From Fibrobacterales bacterium (GTDB lineage Bacteria > Fibrobacterota > Fibrobacteria > Fibrobacterales > JAOPTW01): a stretch of 64,000 nt of DNA. A model generated the notes under the pieces. That model made no database searches and was not told the DNA's origin. It saw only the letters and a list, made by a program, of their open reading frames with translations. The stretch lies in the NCBI GenBank assembly GCA_051532055.1, contig JAOPTX010000008.1, positions 64,001 through 128,000 of the forward strand, read 5' to 3'. Position numbers and translations under genes: made by a program. Numbering within the stretch: the first letter of the stretch is position 1; the number at the start of each line of letters is the position of its first letter. Shown piece by piece: positions 1 to 9,103 of this stretch.

Positions 1-406
1 ATGTATTTGTTGATTGGCCAGAGGATGCCTTTAATTCTGTACTTGTATGAGGGGCATCACTCGATAGTGTCGTATCTATTGATTGGTATGAAGAAAGTGT
101 ACTCACTGATATAGCTTCGGAAGATAATTGTTGTGAGATAATCACAATGCTACTACTCTCTTGATTAAGAGTACGAGAAGAATGTACCGGAATAAGGGCA
201 GAAGATGAACTTCTCAATACTGGGGCCATAACTGATGACACAAGCCCCAAAGAACTACTCAGTATAGATGATGAGACTAAAGAGGACGATGAAATTTTTG
301 AAACATCACTCAAGGTATTGATTGAGTCAAAGCGACACCCTCCTATAATCAGAAGCATCATAATAAGTGCAGATATAATAGGGACTGTAGGGATGTCAAT
401 TCTCAT
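1..406 (-). CDS. Partial (runs off the window start) Ser-rich lipoprotein
   Basis: Not in the ORF track. ATG at 406 opens MRIDIPTVPIISALIMMLLIIGGCRFDS..., a hydrophobic signal with lipobox-like IGGC, then a Ser-rich linker (SSSSLVSSSILSSS); open to the window edge. Confidence 0.7.
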   Translation of the reverse strand, partial: MRIDIPTVPIISALIMMLLIIGGCRFDSINTLSDVSKISSSSLVSSSILSSSLGLVSSVMAPVLRSSSSALIPVHSSRTLNQESSSIVIISQQLSSEAISVSTLSSYQSIDTTLSSDAPHTSTELKASSGQSTNT

Positions 407-568
407 TCAGCATTCTAATTAAGAGTGTTTCAACATATCTAAATAAGAATTACCTATCTGTCAAAGACTGAAATACTATTTAAGATTACTTACAAAAGAG
501 TAAGCTACAAGATCTCTTATAATTTTTGTACAACCAAAAAATGCTCTTGCCCTATATTTATCAAGCAA

Positions 569-1465
569 TCACTTCTTAATCTTAGGGATTTTAATAATAA
601 TGCCTGCCTTAATAAAGGGAGTGGGAGATACCTCCCCTTGAGCTACTACAGTCCCTTTTCGACTAAACTCCATGTCAGTCACATTAAACAAGTACCCCAT
701 TTGCACATTAATAAAAAACGGCTTTTTGAGAGGTATGAGAAAATCTGGCCCAACGTTAATCCGGCTAAACCTTAATTCTATATCAGATACCGTCTCTGTA
801 TTAAAACGAATATGATCACCCTCAATTTGTGCACGGACGCCCAGATGAAGTTTGCTCTCAAACACATAATAGAGGCTCATAAATGAGGGCAGAATTGTCG
901 CAAATTTAATGCGATTCCACTTCTTCTGATACCCCAAAAGGGGCAATACTAAGGGACTACCTGTATTACGAGTGTAAATAAGACCAACCATGAGAGTATG
1001 CTCAGAACCGCGATATAAACCCGCAATAGCACCATTACACTGCCATATTCTATTACTCATTCCATCTTCAAAATCAGTAATGACTTTGGGGAGTACCGAT
1101 ACAGTTCCAGTCCAGAGACTGTCTTTAAGCCAGATTGCCCGGAGCCCCATTTGAAAACCATGAAACGACCGAGAGTTATCTGAATGTGGTGCTATGCCCC
1201 CGCGAACAAACAACCCTTTATACTGGGGAACGCCCATCAGAATAAATGTCTTTTTTACTCGATAGGGAACGATAAAACCAGCTTGTACCGTCTGAATACC
1301 AAATTGTGACGTTACATTGGCGCTATCCCTTGCGACTTTGAGAGAACTTTTGGGAGACCAATGATAGCTAAAAGTTGCAAGGTTACTTTCAAATGCCTCA
1401 ACCTCAAAAGGTATTATTATGAGCATTAAAGCACATTGAGCAAGATTAATGATGTTTTTGAGCAT
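569..1465 (-). CDS. Outer-membrane beta-barrel protein, DUF6268-like
   Basis: Signal peptide, alternating amphipathic strands, LPLLGY...ILPS motif recalled from DUF6268 proteins. Confidence 0.55.
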   Translation of the reverse strand: MLKNIINLAQCALMLIIIPFEVEAFESNLATFSYHWSPKSSLKVARDSANVTSQFGIQTVQAGFIVPYRVKKTFILMGVPQYKGLFVRGGIAPHSDNSRSFHGFQMGLRAIWLKDSLWTGTVSVLPKVITDFEDGMSNRIWQCNGAIAGLYRGSEHTLMVGLIYTRNTGSPLVLPLLGYQKKWNRIKFATILPSFMSLYYVFESKLHLGVRAQIEGDHIRFNTETVSDIELRFSRINVGPDFLIPLKKPFFINVQMGYLFNVTDMEFSRKGTVVAQGEVSPTPFIKAGIIIKIPKIKK

Positions 1466-1601
1466 AGTGCTAAGTATAACTTCATCGAGGACAAAAGTCT
1501 ATAATGCGACACATAGATAATGGAAAAGCTATTCAATTGATGGATATTTTGGTGAATGTGCAGTATACTCAAAAGCATATTCACCTATACAGTAGACCCG
1601 A

Positions 1602-2894
1602 ATGGTACACCTTACTTCTAAGATTTCTGATGAACGGAATAGTTTGATTAATACCTTTCTTATTGCTGCATCTTTTTTTGCTACCATACTTGTTGCCATA
1701 TCACTATTACGACTCTTTGACCAAGGGTGGACTAATATTCTCTATGTTCACCTATCTGGGTTATTGGGTGTATGGCTCATTACTCTATTCAGAAATAAAA
1801 TATCTCTTTCCATCAAACTTTCCTTCCTCATCTTCCTTACCTATAGCCTCGGGTGTATCGGTCTTTATTTTTACGGAATAGTTTCAGATGCTGAGACACT
1901 CTTTTTCCTCTCATTTATTCTTGCTGCATCATTTAATAAAGCAAGATATGGCATTATTCTTCTGATCACCATGATACTCATCTACAGCGGGATGGGGCTC
2001 CTCTATAGTCAAGGGGTATTGGTCTATTCTTATGATATACAAACCTATCAGGAGTCTAGTTATTCATGGCTTTTGCATATATCAGCTTTTGCTATCTATG
2101 GTGGATTTGCCCTCATGATAATCCAAGTCATGAACAAAGTAATATTTAATAATCTCAAGGATATTGAAAAGCAGCGAAGTGAATTAGAAACTCTCAATGC
2201 ATCAAAAGACAAGGTGCATAGAGTTATTGCCCACGACCTCAAGCGCCCTTTCAATAATTTACTTGGAATTATGCAGCTTATGTCGAGTGGTAAGAGTACA
2301 ATGACCGAAGAACGAAAAGGTAAAATCTTCGATAAACTCTATCGTGACTCCAAAGGGGTCTATGACCTCCTTGAAAACCTATTGATCTGGGCTGAGTCCG
2401 AAACAGGGCAAGCTCAAGCCCAAAAGAGCGAAATTGGAGTACACCTTCTGGTTACCCACGCAATAGTCCCCTATTTGAGCCTCGCAGATCAAAAAGGGGT
2501 TCGCATATTAAAGCACTTAACCGATACGATTACCGTCTATTCAGATATCCCTGTCCTCAAAATTGTCCTGAGCAACATACTAAATAACGCCCTAAAATTT
2601 ACTCCAAAGGAAGGCACTATTACCCTATCCTGTCAAGAATGCACCGATCATGTTGAAATTAAATTTACTGATACGGGTGTCGGAATCAGTGATGATATAC
2701 TAGAACGGATTTTTGATCCTTTTGACACAGTCACCCAACCAGGGACAGATAACGAAAAGGGAACCGGGCTTGGGCTTGGTGTTTGTAAAGACCTGCTTGA
2801 TAGAATCGGATGCTCTATTAGAGTGTCGAGTATTGAAGGTAAGGGGAGCACTTTCGCGGTCATTATTCCTCACTCTAAGCCTTCTATGGAATAG
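1602..2894 (+). CDS. Membrane sensor histidine kinase
   Basis: About 6 TM helices; H-box IAHDLKRP, N-box NNALKFT, G1 DTGVG, G2 GTGLGL. Confidence 0.93.
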   Translation: MVHLTSKISDERNSLINTFLIAASFFATILVAISLLRLFDQGWTNILYVHLSGLLGVWLITLFRNKISLSIKLSFLIFLTYSLGCIGLYFYGIVSDAETLFFLSFILAASFNKARYGIILLITMILIYSGMGLLYSQGVLVYSYDIQTYQESSYSWLLHISAFAIYGGFALMIIQVMNKVIFNNLKDIEKQRSELETLNASKDKVHRVIAHDLKRPFNNLLGIMQLMSSGKSTMTEERKGKIFDKLYRDSKGVYDLLENLLIWAESETGQAQAQKSEIGVHLLVTHAIVPYLSLADQKGVRILKHLTDTITVYSDIPVLKIVLSNILNNALKFTPKEGTITLSCQECTDHVEIKFTDTGVGISDDILERIFDPFDTVTQPGTDNEKGTGLGLGVCKDLLDRIGCSIRVSSIEGKGSTFAVIIPHSKPSME

Positions 2895-2915
2895 TCTATG
2901 TAAATGTCGATACAT

Positions 2916-2946
2916 AAAAGGCCATCGGGGTTACTGATGGCCTTTT
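2916..2946. terminator. Bidirectional intrinsic terminator
   Basis: AAAAGGCCATC...GATGGCCTTTT hairpin between convergent genes. Confidence 0.85.
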
Positions 2947-2983
2947 GCATTTGTTTATGTATATAATTCAGCAGTTTAAGGTT

Positions 2984-5104
2984 CTAATCTACCGTTATGG
3001 TATCAAGCGCACCAAGCCCCACTGTAAGACATGGTATATTAATCATAATATCTACTTGTGATCCTGTTTTTCTTCGCTCCGCTATAAACAAGTCAAACTT
3101 AACGATATCACCTGTTTTAATAGAGTCATTACGGTTAACAGAGAGATTATTTATGTATGCTACTGCACCCTTAAGATTAAATTGGCCCGTGACGGGCTTG
3201 TGTACCCCACCGATATCAAGTATCAGTTGATCATTGATAAATACAAATACATCGTCATCACCAGAAAAAGAGAAATTCTGATCTTCAGCCCCATTTTCTA
3301 CATAATAAAACTCTCTTGTTAAATGAGCCGAGAAACCATAGTTTCGTGATGCTCCTGAAACAGCGCAAGTTTTTCCAATAATGAGCGTATCGGCGATAAT
3401 ATCCATTTCACTTCCGCCATCAATACAACCATCAAGTGGAAAGAAGCCTTCCCCTGCTGTTCTAAATGAGTAGACATTATCTCCTGTGTGCGTAAAAGCG
3501 AGTTCTACATTTTTTGCTGCTCCTGTTTTACTCCACCATGTACCAATCGTAGAGTTAGTACATACGTTTGTTGCGAGTACTGGGAGTCCATCACTTGAAA
3601 GAGTACCCTTAACCATCCCTGTAGATGCTTCGTGTACCGGTCTTTCAATGCCATCTTCATCAACAATACCTGGACACTGAGCGGACTGGGTATTAGTCAG
3701 TGAAAAGTCCCCAGCTTCAGGCTTATCATACACTACAATGTCAAAAACAATTGTTTCTGGAAGCTCATACCCTTGCGAAAGACACGTAAATGGCTGTATC
3801 CCACATACAGGAAATACTAAACACTCATCGTCATCACAGTCAACCAAGGTATCACCATCATTGTCAATACCGTCACTACACGATTGACTATTGTTCTCTG
3901 CGCAAAATGAGTACTGTTGGCACTGCCTATCATCACAGTCAGTATCACCATTATCATCATTGTCAATACCATCTTGACACTGTGCCGCGGTAACTTCACG
4001 CGAGTCACATAGTATGAGATCCGCACATCCTTCATCACCACAATCTATATAGCCATTGTTGTCATTGTCTTCACCATCAGAGCATAACGCTTCAGTATTT
4101 TCATACCTCTGACACACGGCAAAGGTCGCACAAGTCTGAAGAGTGTCACAATTCAAAGCATCAGTACAATTAACAGTAATATCCTCACAATCAAATAACC
4201 CATCACCATCATTATCAATACCATCAGCGCATTGTTGGGCAGTATTTTCTAATGGCTCTTGACACCAACTGAAATTTTTACAGTACTCATTATCATCACA
4301 ATCAACAAGGCCATCTTCATCATTATCAATACCATCAAAGCATTGTTGGGCAGTATTTTCTAAAGGCTCCTGACACCAACTGAAATTTTTACAGTACTCA
4401 TTATCATCACAATCAACAAGGCCATCTTCATCATTATCAATACCATCAGCGCATTGTAGTGTTGTATTTTCTAAAGCCTCTTGGCAGACAGCATATGCTT
4501 TACATGGCAGGTCATCACAATCAATTAAATCATCACCATCATTATCAAGTAAATCCGTACATTCTCTTAATGAATTCTCAGCAGGGTCATCACAAAACTG
4601 AAATATTTTACATGACTCATCCAAACAATCAATTTTTCCATCTCCATCATTATCAACAGAATCATTACATAATAAGGCAGTATTTTCAGATGGAATATGA
4701 CAAAAAATAAAAGCACCGCACCCTGGATCATAGCAATCAACAAGTCCATTAGAATCATTATCTAAGCTATCCTGACAAGTGTAATAACTATCTTCTCGCA
4801 CCTCATATCTTGTATCTGAGGAGTCCTGTAATGCGGAAGAAGAAACACGTACTGTCCCATCTGGGAGTTGTCCGTCATTATCACTCTCTGCTTCCTGTGC
4901 TGATGAGCCATTAGTACTATCACCAGCGCATATATAAAAGCCTAAGCAGTCCTGATCCAAGCAGTCAACATAGCCATCAGCATCATTATCCTGAGTATCA
5001 TTACAGAGCTGGGCTGTATTTTCGTGTGCCTGTTCATTTGGTGTCGATTCTAAAAAACAACTTGTTACTACAAAGAATGCTATCAATAGGGGTAGATGTC
5101 GCAT
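2984..5104 (-). CDS. Lipoprotein with 10 Cys/Asp-rich repeats and a C-terminal fibro-slime (PA14-like) domain
   Basis: Lipobox VTSC; repeats E-N-T-x3-C-x-D-x2-D-N-D-x-D-G-x2-D-C-x-D-x2-C-x5-C; C-terminal FSGDDDVFVFIN..LDIGGVH...FIAERR motif. Confidence 0.88.
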   Translation of the reverse strand: MRHLPLLIAFFVVTSCFLESTPNEQAHENTAQLCNDTQDNDADGYVDCLDQDCLGFYICAGDSTNGSSAQEAESDNDGQLPDGTVRVSSSALQDSSDTRYEVREDSYYTCQDSLDNDSNGLVDCYDPGCGAFIFCHIPSENTALLCNDSVDNDGDGKIDCLDESCKIFQFCDDPAENSLRECTDLLDNDGDDLIDCDDLPCKAYAVCQEALENTTLQCADGIDNDEDGLVDCDDNEYCKNFSWCQEPLENTAQQCFDGIDNDEDGLVDCDDNEYCKNFSWCQEPLENTAQQCADGIDNDGDGLFDCEDITVNCTDALNCDTLQTCATFAVCQRYENTEALCSDGEDNDNNGYIDCGDEGCADLILCDSREVTAAQCQDGIDNDDNGDTDCDDRQCQQYSFCAENNSQSCSDGIDNDGDTLVDCDDDECLVFPVCGIQPFTCLSQGYELPETIVFDIVVYDKPEAGDFSLTNTQSAQCPGIVDEDGIERPVHEASTGMVKGTLSSDGLPVLATNVCTNSTIGTWWSKTGAAKNVELAFTHTGDNVYSFRTAGEGFFPLDGCIDGGSEMDIIADTLIIGKTCAVSGASRNYGFSAHLTREFYYVENGAEDQNFSFSGDDDVFVFINDQLILDIGGVHKPVTGQFNLKGAVAYINNLSVNRNDSIKTGDIVKFDLFIAERRKTGSQVDIMINIPCLTVGLGALDTITVD
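4207..4457. repeat. Intragenic tandem repeat, 111-bp unit, about 2.25 copies
   Basis: 4207-4317 vs 4318-4428 differ at about 4 positions; encodes a duplicated DGIDNDEDGLVDCDDNEYCKNFSWCQEPLENTAQQC. Confidence 0.95.
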
Positions 5105-5187
5105 ATTCTCTCCAATTAAAAAATAAGATATAGATAAAATACTATTTATGATTTGTTTAGTATAGGGGCGCCAAGGAAGTGATGCCC

Positions 5188-5233
5188 TAAAACAACAAAG
5201 GCCACCAGAATACTGGTGGCCTTTGTTGTTTTA
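5188..5233 (-). terminator. Intrinsic terminator of the upstream fibro-slime paralogue
   Basis: Perfect 21-bp inverted repeat TAAAACAACAAAGGCCACCAG-aata-CTGGTGGCCTTTGTTGTTTTA. Confidence 0.88.
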
Positions 5234-5257
5234 TTTACTTCAGAGGATTCTGTAAAC

Positions 5258-7129
5258 TTACTGGTCTACTGTTGTACTATCAAGTACACCTGTACCAGCA
5301 GTTAAACATGGGATATTAATGGTAATATCCGCTTGTGAACCTGTTTTTCTTCGCTCAGCAATAAAGAAGTCAAATTTAACGATATCGCCTGTTTGAACTG
5401 AATCTTCACGAGTTTCAGAATTGCTATTAATATAGTTAACTGCATTTTCAAGGTTGAATTCACCTTTCACTGGTTTATGTACACCGCCAATATCAAGTAT
5501 AAGTTGATCATTAAGGAATACAAATACATCATCATCTCCAGAAAATTTGAAGTTTTGTTCATCTGCGCCCGCGGCAACATAATAGAACTCACGAGAAATA
5601 TGACCAGCAAAACCATAGTTTCTGGCTGCTTGAGAAACAGAACACGTTTTACCAACGATTAGCGAGTCAGCGAGAATATCCATTTCGCTCCCTCCATCTA
5701 TACAATCATCTAAAGGAAAGAATCCTTCTATCGCCGTTCTAAATGAGTAAACATTATCACCCGTATGAGTAAATGAAAGCTCTACATTTTTCGCTGTACC
5801 TGTTTTGGTCCACCAACTTCCTAATGTTGAGTTAGTACAAACATTTTTAGCGAGTGCAGGTAGCCCCTCACTTGAAAGAGTTGTACGCACCATTCCTTCA
5901 GAGGCAGTATGTACGAGTCGTTCAACACCATCTTCATCACTAATTCCAGGGCACTTAGCTGATTGCGCATCAGTCACCGCAAAATCACCACCATTTTTGT
6001 CATAAACAACAATTTCAAAAGGAATAGCTTCAGGAGGTTCATACCCTTCTGGAAGGCAACTAAAAGCTGTAAAACCACATACTGGAAATACTAAACATTC
6101 ATCATCATCACAGTCAACAAAAGTATCACCATCATTATCAACACCATCACTACATGATTTACTATTGTTCTCAGCACAAAATGAATACTGTTGACACTGT
6201 CTATCATCACAGTCAGTATCACCATTATCATCATTATCAATACCATCTTGACACTGTGCCATGGTTACTTCACGCGAGTCGCAAATCAAAAGATCAGCAC
6301 AGGCTTCATCACCACAATCTTGTTGACCATTAAAATCATTATCTTCACCATCAGAACAAAGCGCTTCAGTGTTTTCAAAAAATTGGCATACTGCAAATGT
6401 AGCACAGGTCTGTTCTGTATCACATTCGATTTCATCTTCGCAGTCTACAGTAATATCATCACAATCAAAAAGTCCATCGCCATCATTATCTTTACCATCA
6501 GCACACTGAGCCGCAGTGTTCTCTAAAGGCTCTTGACACCATACATAATCTTTACAGAACTCCTTGTCATCGCAGTCGACAAGTCCGTCTTGATCATTAT
6601 CTACGCCATCATTACATTGTACCCCAGTATTTTCTAGAGGCTCTTGACACACAATAAATGATTTACAAGGTAGGTCATCACAATCGATCTTACCATCATT
6701 ATCATTATCCTCTTTATCGGTACACTCTTTTAACGAGTTCTCAGCAGGATCTTCACAGAATGAAAAAATCTTACACGATTCATCGATACAATCCGTTTTT
6801 CCGTCTTCATCATTATCGATGTCGTCATCACAAAGTAATGCAGTATTCTCTTGTCCATCTTGACAACGAACCAAAGACCCACACCCAGGATCGTAACAAT
6901 CAACAAGCCCATTAAAGTCGTTATCAAAACCATCAGTACATTTTGACTCAGTATTTTCGTTTACTTCTGCACAGCGAATATCTGAGTCGTCGAAGGCGCA
7001 GTCAATTGGGTTAAAAAGCTCAGGATCATCCTCCTTTGCTAGTTCAATGTCATCTTTAAAGTCTGAAAAGCACCCAGAAAATAAAAGGGCAATAAGAGTA
7101 CCCAGGGTAAATAGTTTAAAAAGTTGCAT
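5258..7129 (-). CDS. Lipoprotein with 8 Cys/Asp-rich repeats and a fibro-slime domain; paralogue of 2984..5104
   Basis: Start re-assigned to ATG 7129 (AGGAGG RBS; MQLFKL...LFSGC lipobox); same repeats and GDDDVFVF/LDIGGVH/AERRKTGS motifs. Confidence 0.88.
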   Translation of the reverse strand: MQLFKLFTLGTLIALLFSGCFSDFKDDIELAKEDDPELFNPIDCAFDDSDIRCAEVNENTESKCTDGFDNDFNGLVDCYDPGCGSLVRCQDGQENTALLCDDDIDNDEDGKTDCIDESCKIFSFCEDPAENSLKECTDKEDNDNDGKIDCDDLPCKSFIVCQEPLENTGVQCNDGVDNDQDGLVDCDDKEFCKDYVWCQEPLENTAAQCADGKDNDGDGLFDCDDITVDCEDEIECDTEQTCATFAVCQFFENTEALCSDGEDNDFNGQQDCGDEACADLLICDSREVTMAQCQDGIDNDDNGDTDCDDRQCQQYSFCAENNSKSCSDGVDNDGDTFVDCDDDECLVFPVCGFTAFSCLPEGYEPPEAIPFEIVVYDKNGGDFAVTDAQSAKCPGISDEDGVERLVHTASEGMVRTTLSSEGLPALAKNVCTNSTLGSWWTKTGTAKNVELSFTHTGDNVYSFRTAIEGFFPLDDCIDGGSEMDILADSLIVGKTCSVSQAARNYGFAGHISREFYYVAAGADEQNFKFSGDDDVFVFLNDQLILDIGGVHKPVKGEFNLENAVNYINSNSETREDSVQTGDIVKFDFFIAERRKTGSQADITINIPCLTAGTGVLDSTTVDQ

Positions 7130-7140
7130 GTTCCCTCCTA

Positions 7141-7156
7141 ATATTCCATGGAATAT
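7141..7156. promoter_or_regulatory. Perfect 16-bp palindrome, candidate operator
   Basis: ATATTCCATGGAATAT directly upstream of the RBS of 5258..7129. Confidence 0.4.
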
Positions 7157-7373
7157 ATGCAATGTGATGTGTGTCTGTTATAGTCATATTTAGTAGTACC
7201 TTACAGGTCCCGACAGGTAAAGTGTGCTTAATACATCAAATGACAAGCACGTACAAAATACGCCAATCCTCACATAATATAGATAAGAAAAACTGCAATT
7301 CACAACACTTTTTCTGTTACTTCGGGTAAATTACACAATATTTATCAATGCAGCAAAACAGGGCTATAGAGCC

Positions 7374-9020
7374 CTAAACTACCTTTTCATCATCGGGAAT
7401 ATCAAGATATTCAAGATTCACCTGATTGCTTGATTCTATATCCGGTAAGCGTTTTTGAATCGCAATGAATTCGCTCAAGTTTTCAAGAAAAATTTCTGCA
7501 ATATTAGGGTCAAAATGAGCACCTTTTTGAGAATTCATGTAATCAACTATTTTATCCATACTCCAAGCGGGTTTATAGCACCGCTCATAAGAGAGCGCAT
7601 CAAACACATCAACTATGGTGGTAATTCGAGAATAAATATGTATTTCATCCGCTTTAAGAGCATTAGGGTAGCCCGATCCATCGAACTTTTCCTGGTGTTG
7701 GTGCGCTATCATTGCTGCGACTCTAAAAACCTCTCTTTTAGAGTTATTGAGCATATCAAAACCTATTTGAGCATGGGTCTTAACAACTTCAAACTCATCT
7801 GTGGTTAAAGAACCTGGTTTATGTAGAATTGCTTCGGGAATAGCAAGCTTACCAATATCATGCATGGGAGTAGCCAATTTAAGCATCTCGACTTCCGCCT
7901 CTGAGAGACCCATTTTTTGAGCGAGAAGCGCGGCATATGATGAAACGCGCTTCACATGGTTACTTGTTTCATGTGAACGAGATTCGGCAATTTCACTCAT
8001 TGTGTAAAAAATCTCTTTTTGAGTATCTACGTACTCCATATTCTGATAAATATTCTCAAAGGCGACACTCAGGTTTGCACAAAAAACATCGATGAGCATT
8101 TTGTCTTTTGTCTCAAGTTTACTCCAGCCTTTCAAATAAATTATGTTCTGTGCACCATTTGAGGTTTTAAAATATCCCAAATAGAAGACATCATTGTACA
8201 TTGATTTCATCTGCTCTATTGCGCTATTGATGTCCTTTTCAACCTTTCCAGAAACTACCTCACTTACCTCCATCCCTTCTGATCCTGAGTATTTGCCCGT
8301 AGAAGCAAGTACCACAAAATCATCTGCACAGCTATTTTCATCATGATGAGGTGCCTGACAATAGAGTGCATCGTGTTCAAGGTTGAGGAGCGAGACCATT
8401 TGTTCAAGTACAATTGAAGCAAATTTTTGCATTGATTGCGGCTTAAAGAGTGAAGATGAAGTGAGGAGAAGCTTTTCAAGTCCTCGCTTATAGGTGTCAA
8501 TCGTTTCAATATCTCTATAAGAGCGCAAAGCGGCAAAGAGCGAAGTCATTAATTTTTGAGAAGTTAACTCTTCTTTTGAACGATAGTCGTTAATATCGTA
8601 ATTTTGAATGACGTGACTTTCTGGAGCCATTCCAGGTTGTCCGGTTCTGAGAATAATACGAACGGTCTTATTCTCAAGTTCATCACGGATATATTTAACT
8701 AATTGAAGACCGGCATCATTCGTTTCCATTACCACATCAAGATACAGTACCGCGATATCTTGATGTTTCAATAAAATTGATTTTGCATCTTCCCCGCTTA
8801 AGGCACTCAAAAATTCTAATGGCCGTCCATCAAAAATAAAATCTTTCAAAACTATTTTTGTAACATCATGAATACCCTCATCATCATCAACAATGAGAAT
8901 TTTCCAAGGAGCACCACTAAATTTCGGAGTTTGCAATGAGGCGTCGTCTGTTGATTTACCTGCCGGGTCATCAGCAAAAAGAGGATCACTACTATTATAG
9001 GTTGTCATAGTTATCACCAA
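7374..9020 (-). CDS. Response regulator REC-DUF3369-HD-GYP (c-di-GMP phosphodiesterase family)
   Basis: REC (IVDDD, LDVVME, RTGQPG), central DUF3369-like region, HDIGK and EKFDGSGYP motifs; true start may be ATG 9008. Confidence 0.9.
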   Translation of the reverse strand: MVITMTTYNSSDPLFADDPAGKSTDDASLQTPKFSGAPWKILIVDDDEGIHDVTKIVLKDFIFDGRPLEFLSALSGEDAKSILLKHQDIAVLYLDVVMETNDAGLQLVKYIRDELENKTVRIILRTGQPGMAPESHVIQNYDINDYRSKEELTSQKLMTSLFAALRSYRDIETIDTYKRGLEKLLLTSSSLFKPQSMQKFASIVLEQMVSLLNLEHDALYCQAPHHDENSCADDFVVLASTGKYSGSEGMEVSEVVSGKVEKDINSAIEQMKSMYNDVFYLGYFKTSNGAQNIIYLKGWSKLETKDKMLIDVFCANLSVAFENIYQNMEYVDTQKEIFYTMSEIAESRSHETSNHVKRVSSYAALLAQKMGLSEAEVEMLKLATPMHDIGKLAIPEAILHKPGSLTTDEFEVVKTHAQIGFDMLNNSKREVFRVAAMIAHQHQEKFDGSGYPNALKADEIHIYSRITTIVDVFDALSYERCYKPAWSMDKIVDYMNSQKGAHFDPNIAEIFLENLSEFIAIQKRLPDIESSNQVNLEYLDIPDDEKVV

Positions 9021-9028
9021 ACATCAAG

Positions 9029-9038
9029 TGAGCGCTCA
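9029..9038. promoter_or_regulatory. TGAGCGCTCA palindrome, LacI-type operator-like
   Basis: 10-bp palindrome with central CG, just downstream of a TATATT element on the minus strand. Confidence 0.3.
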
Positions 9039-9103
9039 AATAAAATATACCAATTAGAGGCTGAGTCTCACCTATTTAAAGATACACTGATTATCCAATA
9101 TAT

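Noticed and set aside
4207..4457. CRISPR or non-coding repeat
   Set aside because: In-frame 111-bp coding repeat with no spacers
2984..7129. Diversity-generating retroelement (template/variable repeat) between the two paralogues
   Set aside because: Differences are spread over all bases and mostly at codon third positions, both copies are full ORFs, and there is no reverse transcriptase in the window
7157..7370. c-di-GMP-I riboswitch upstream of the adhesin
   Set aside because: No GGCAAA...GAAA...GGGACGCAAA consensus on the minus strand
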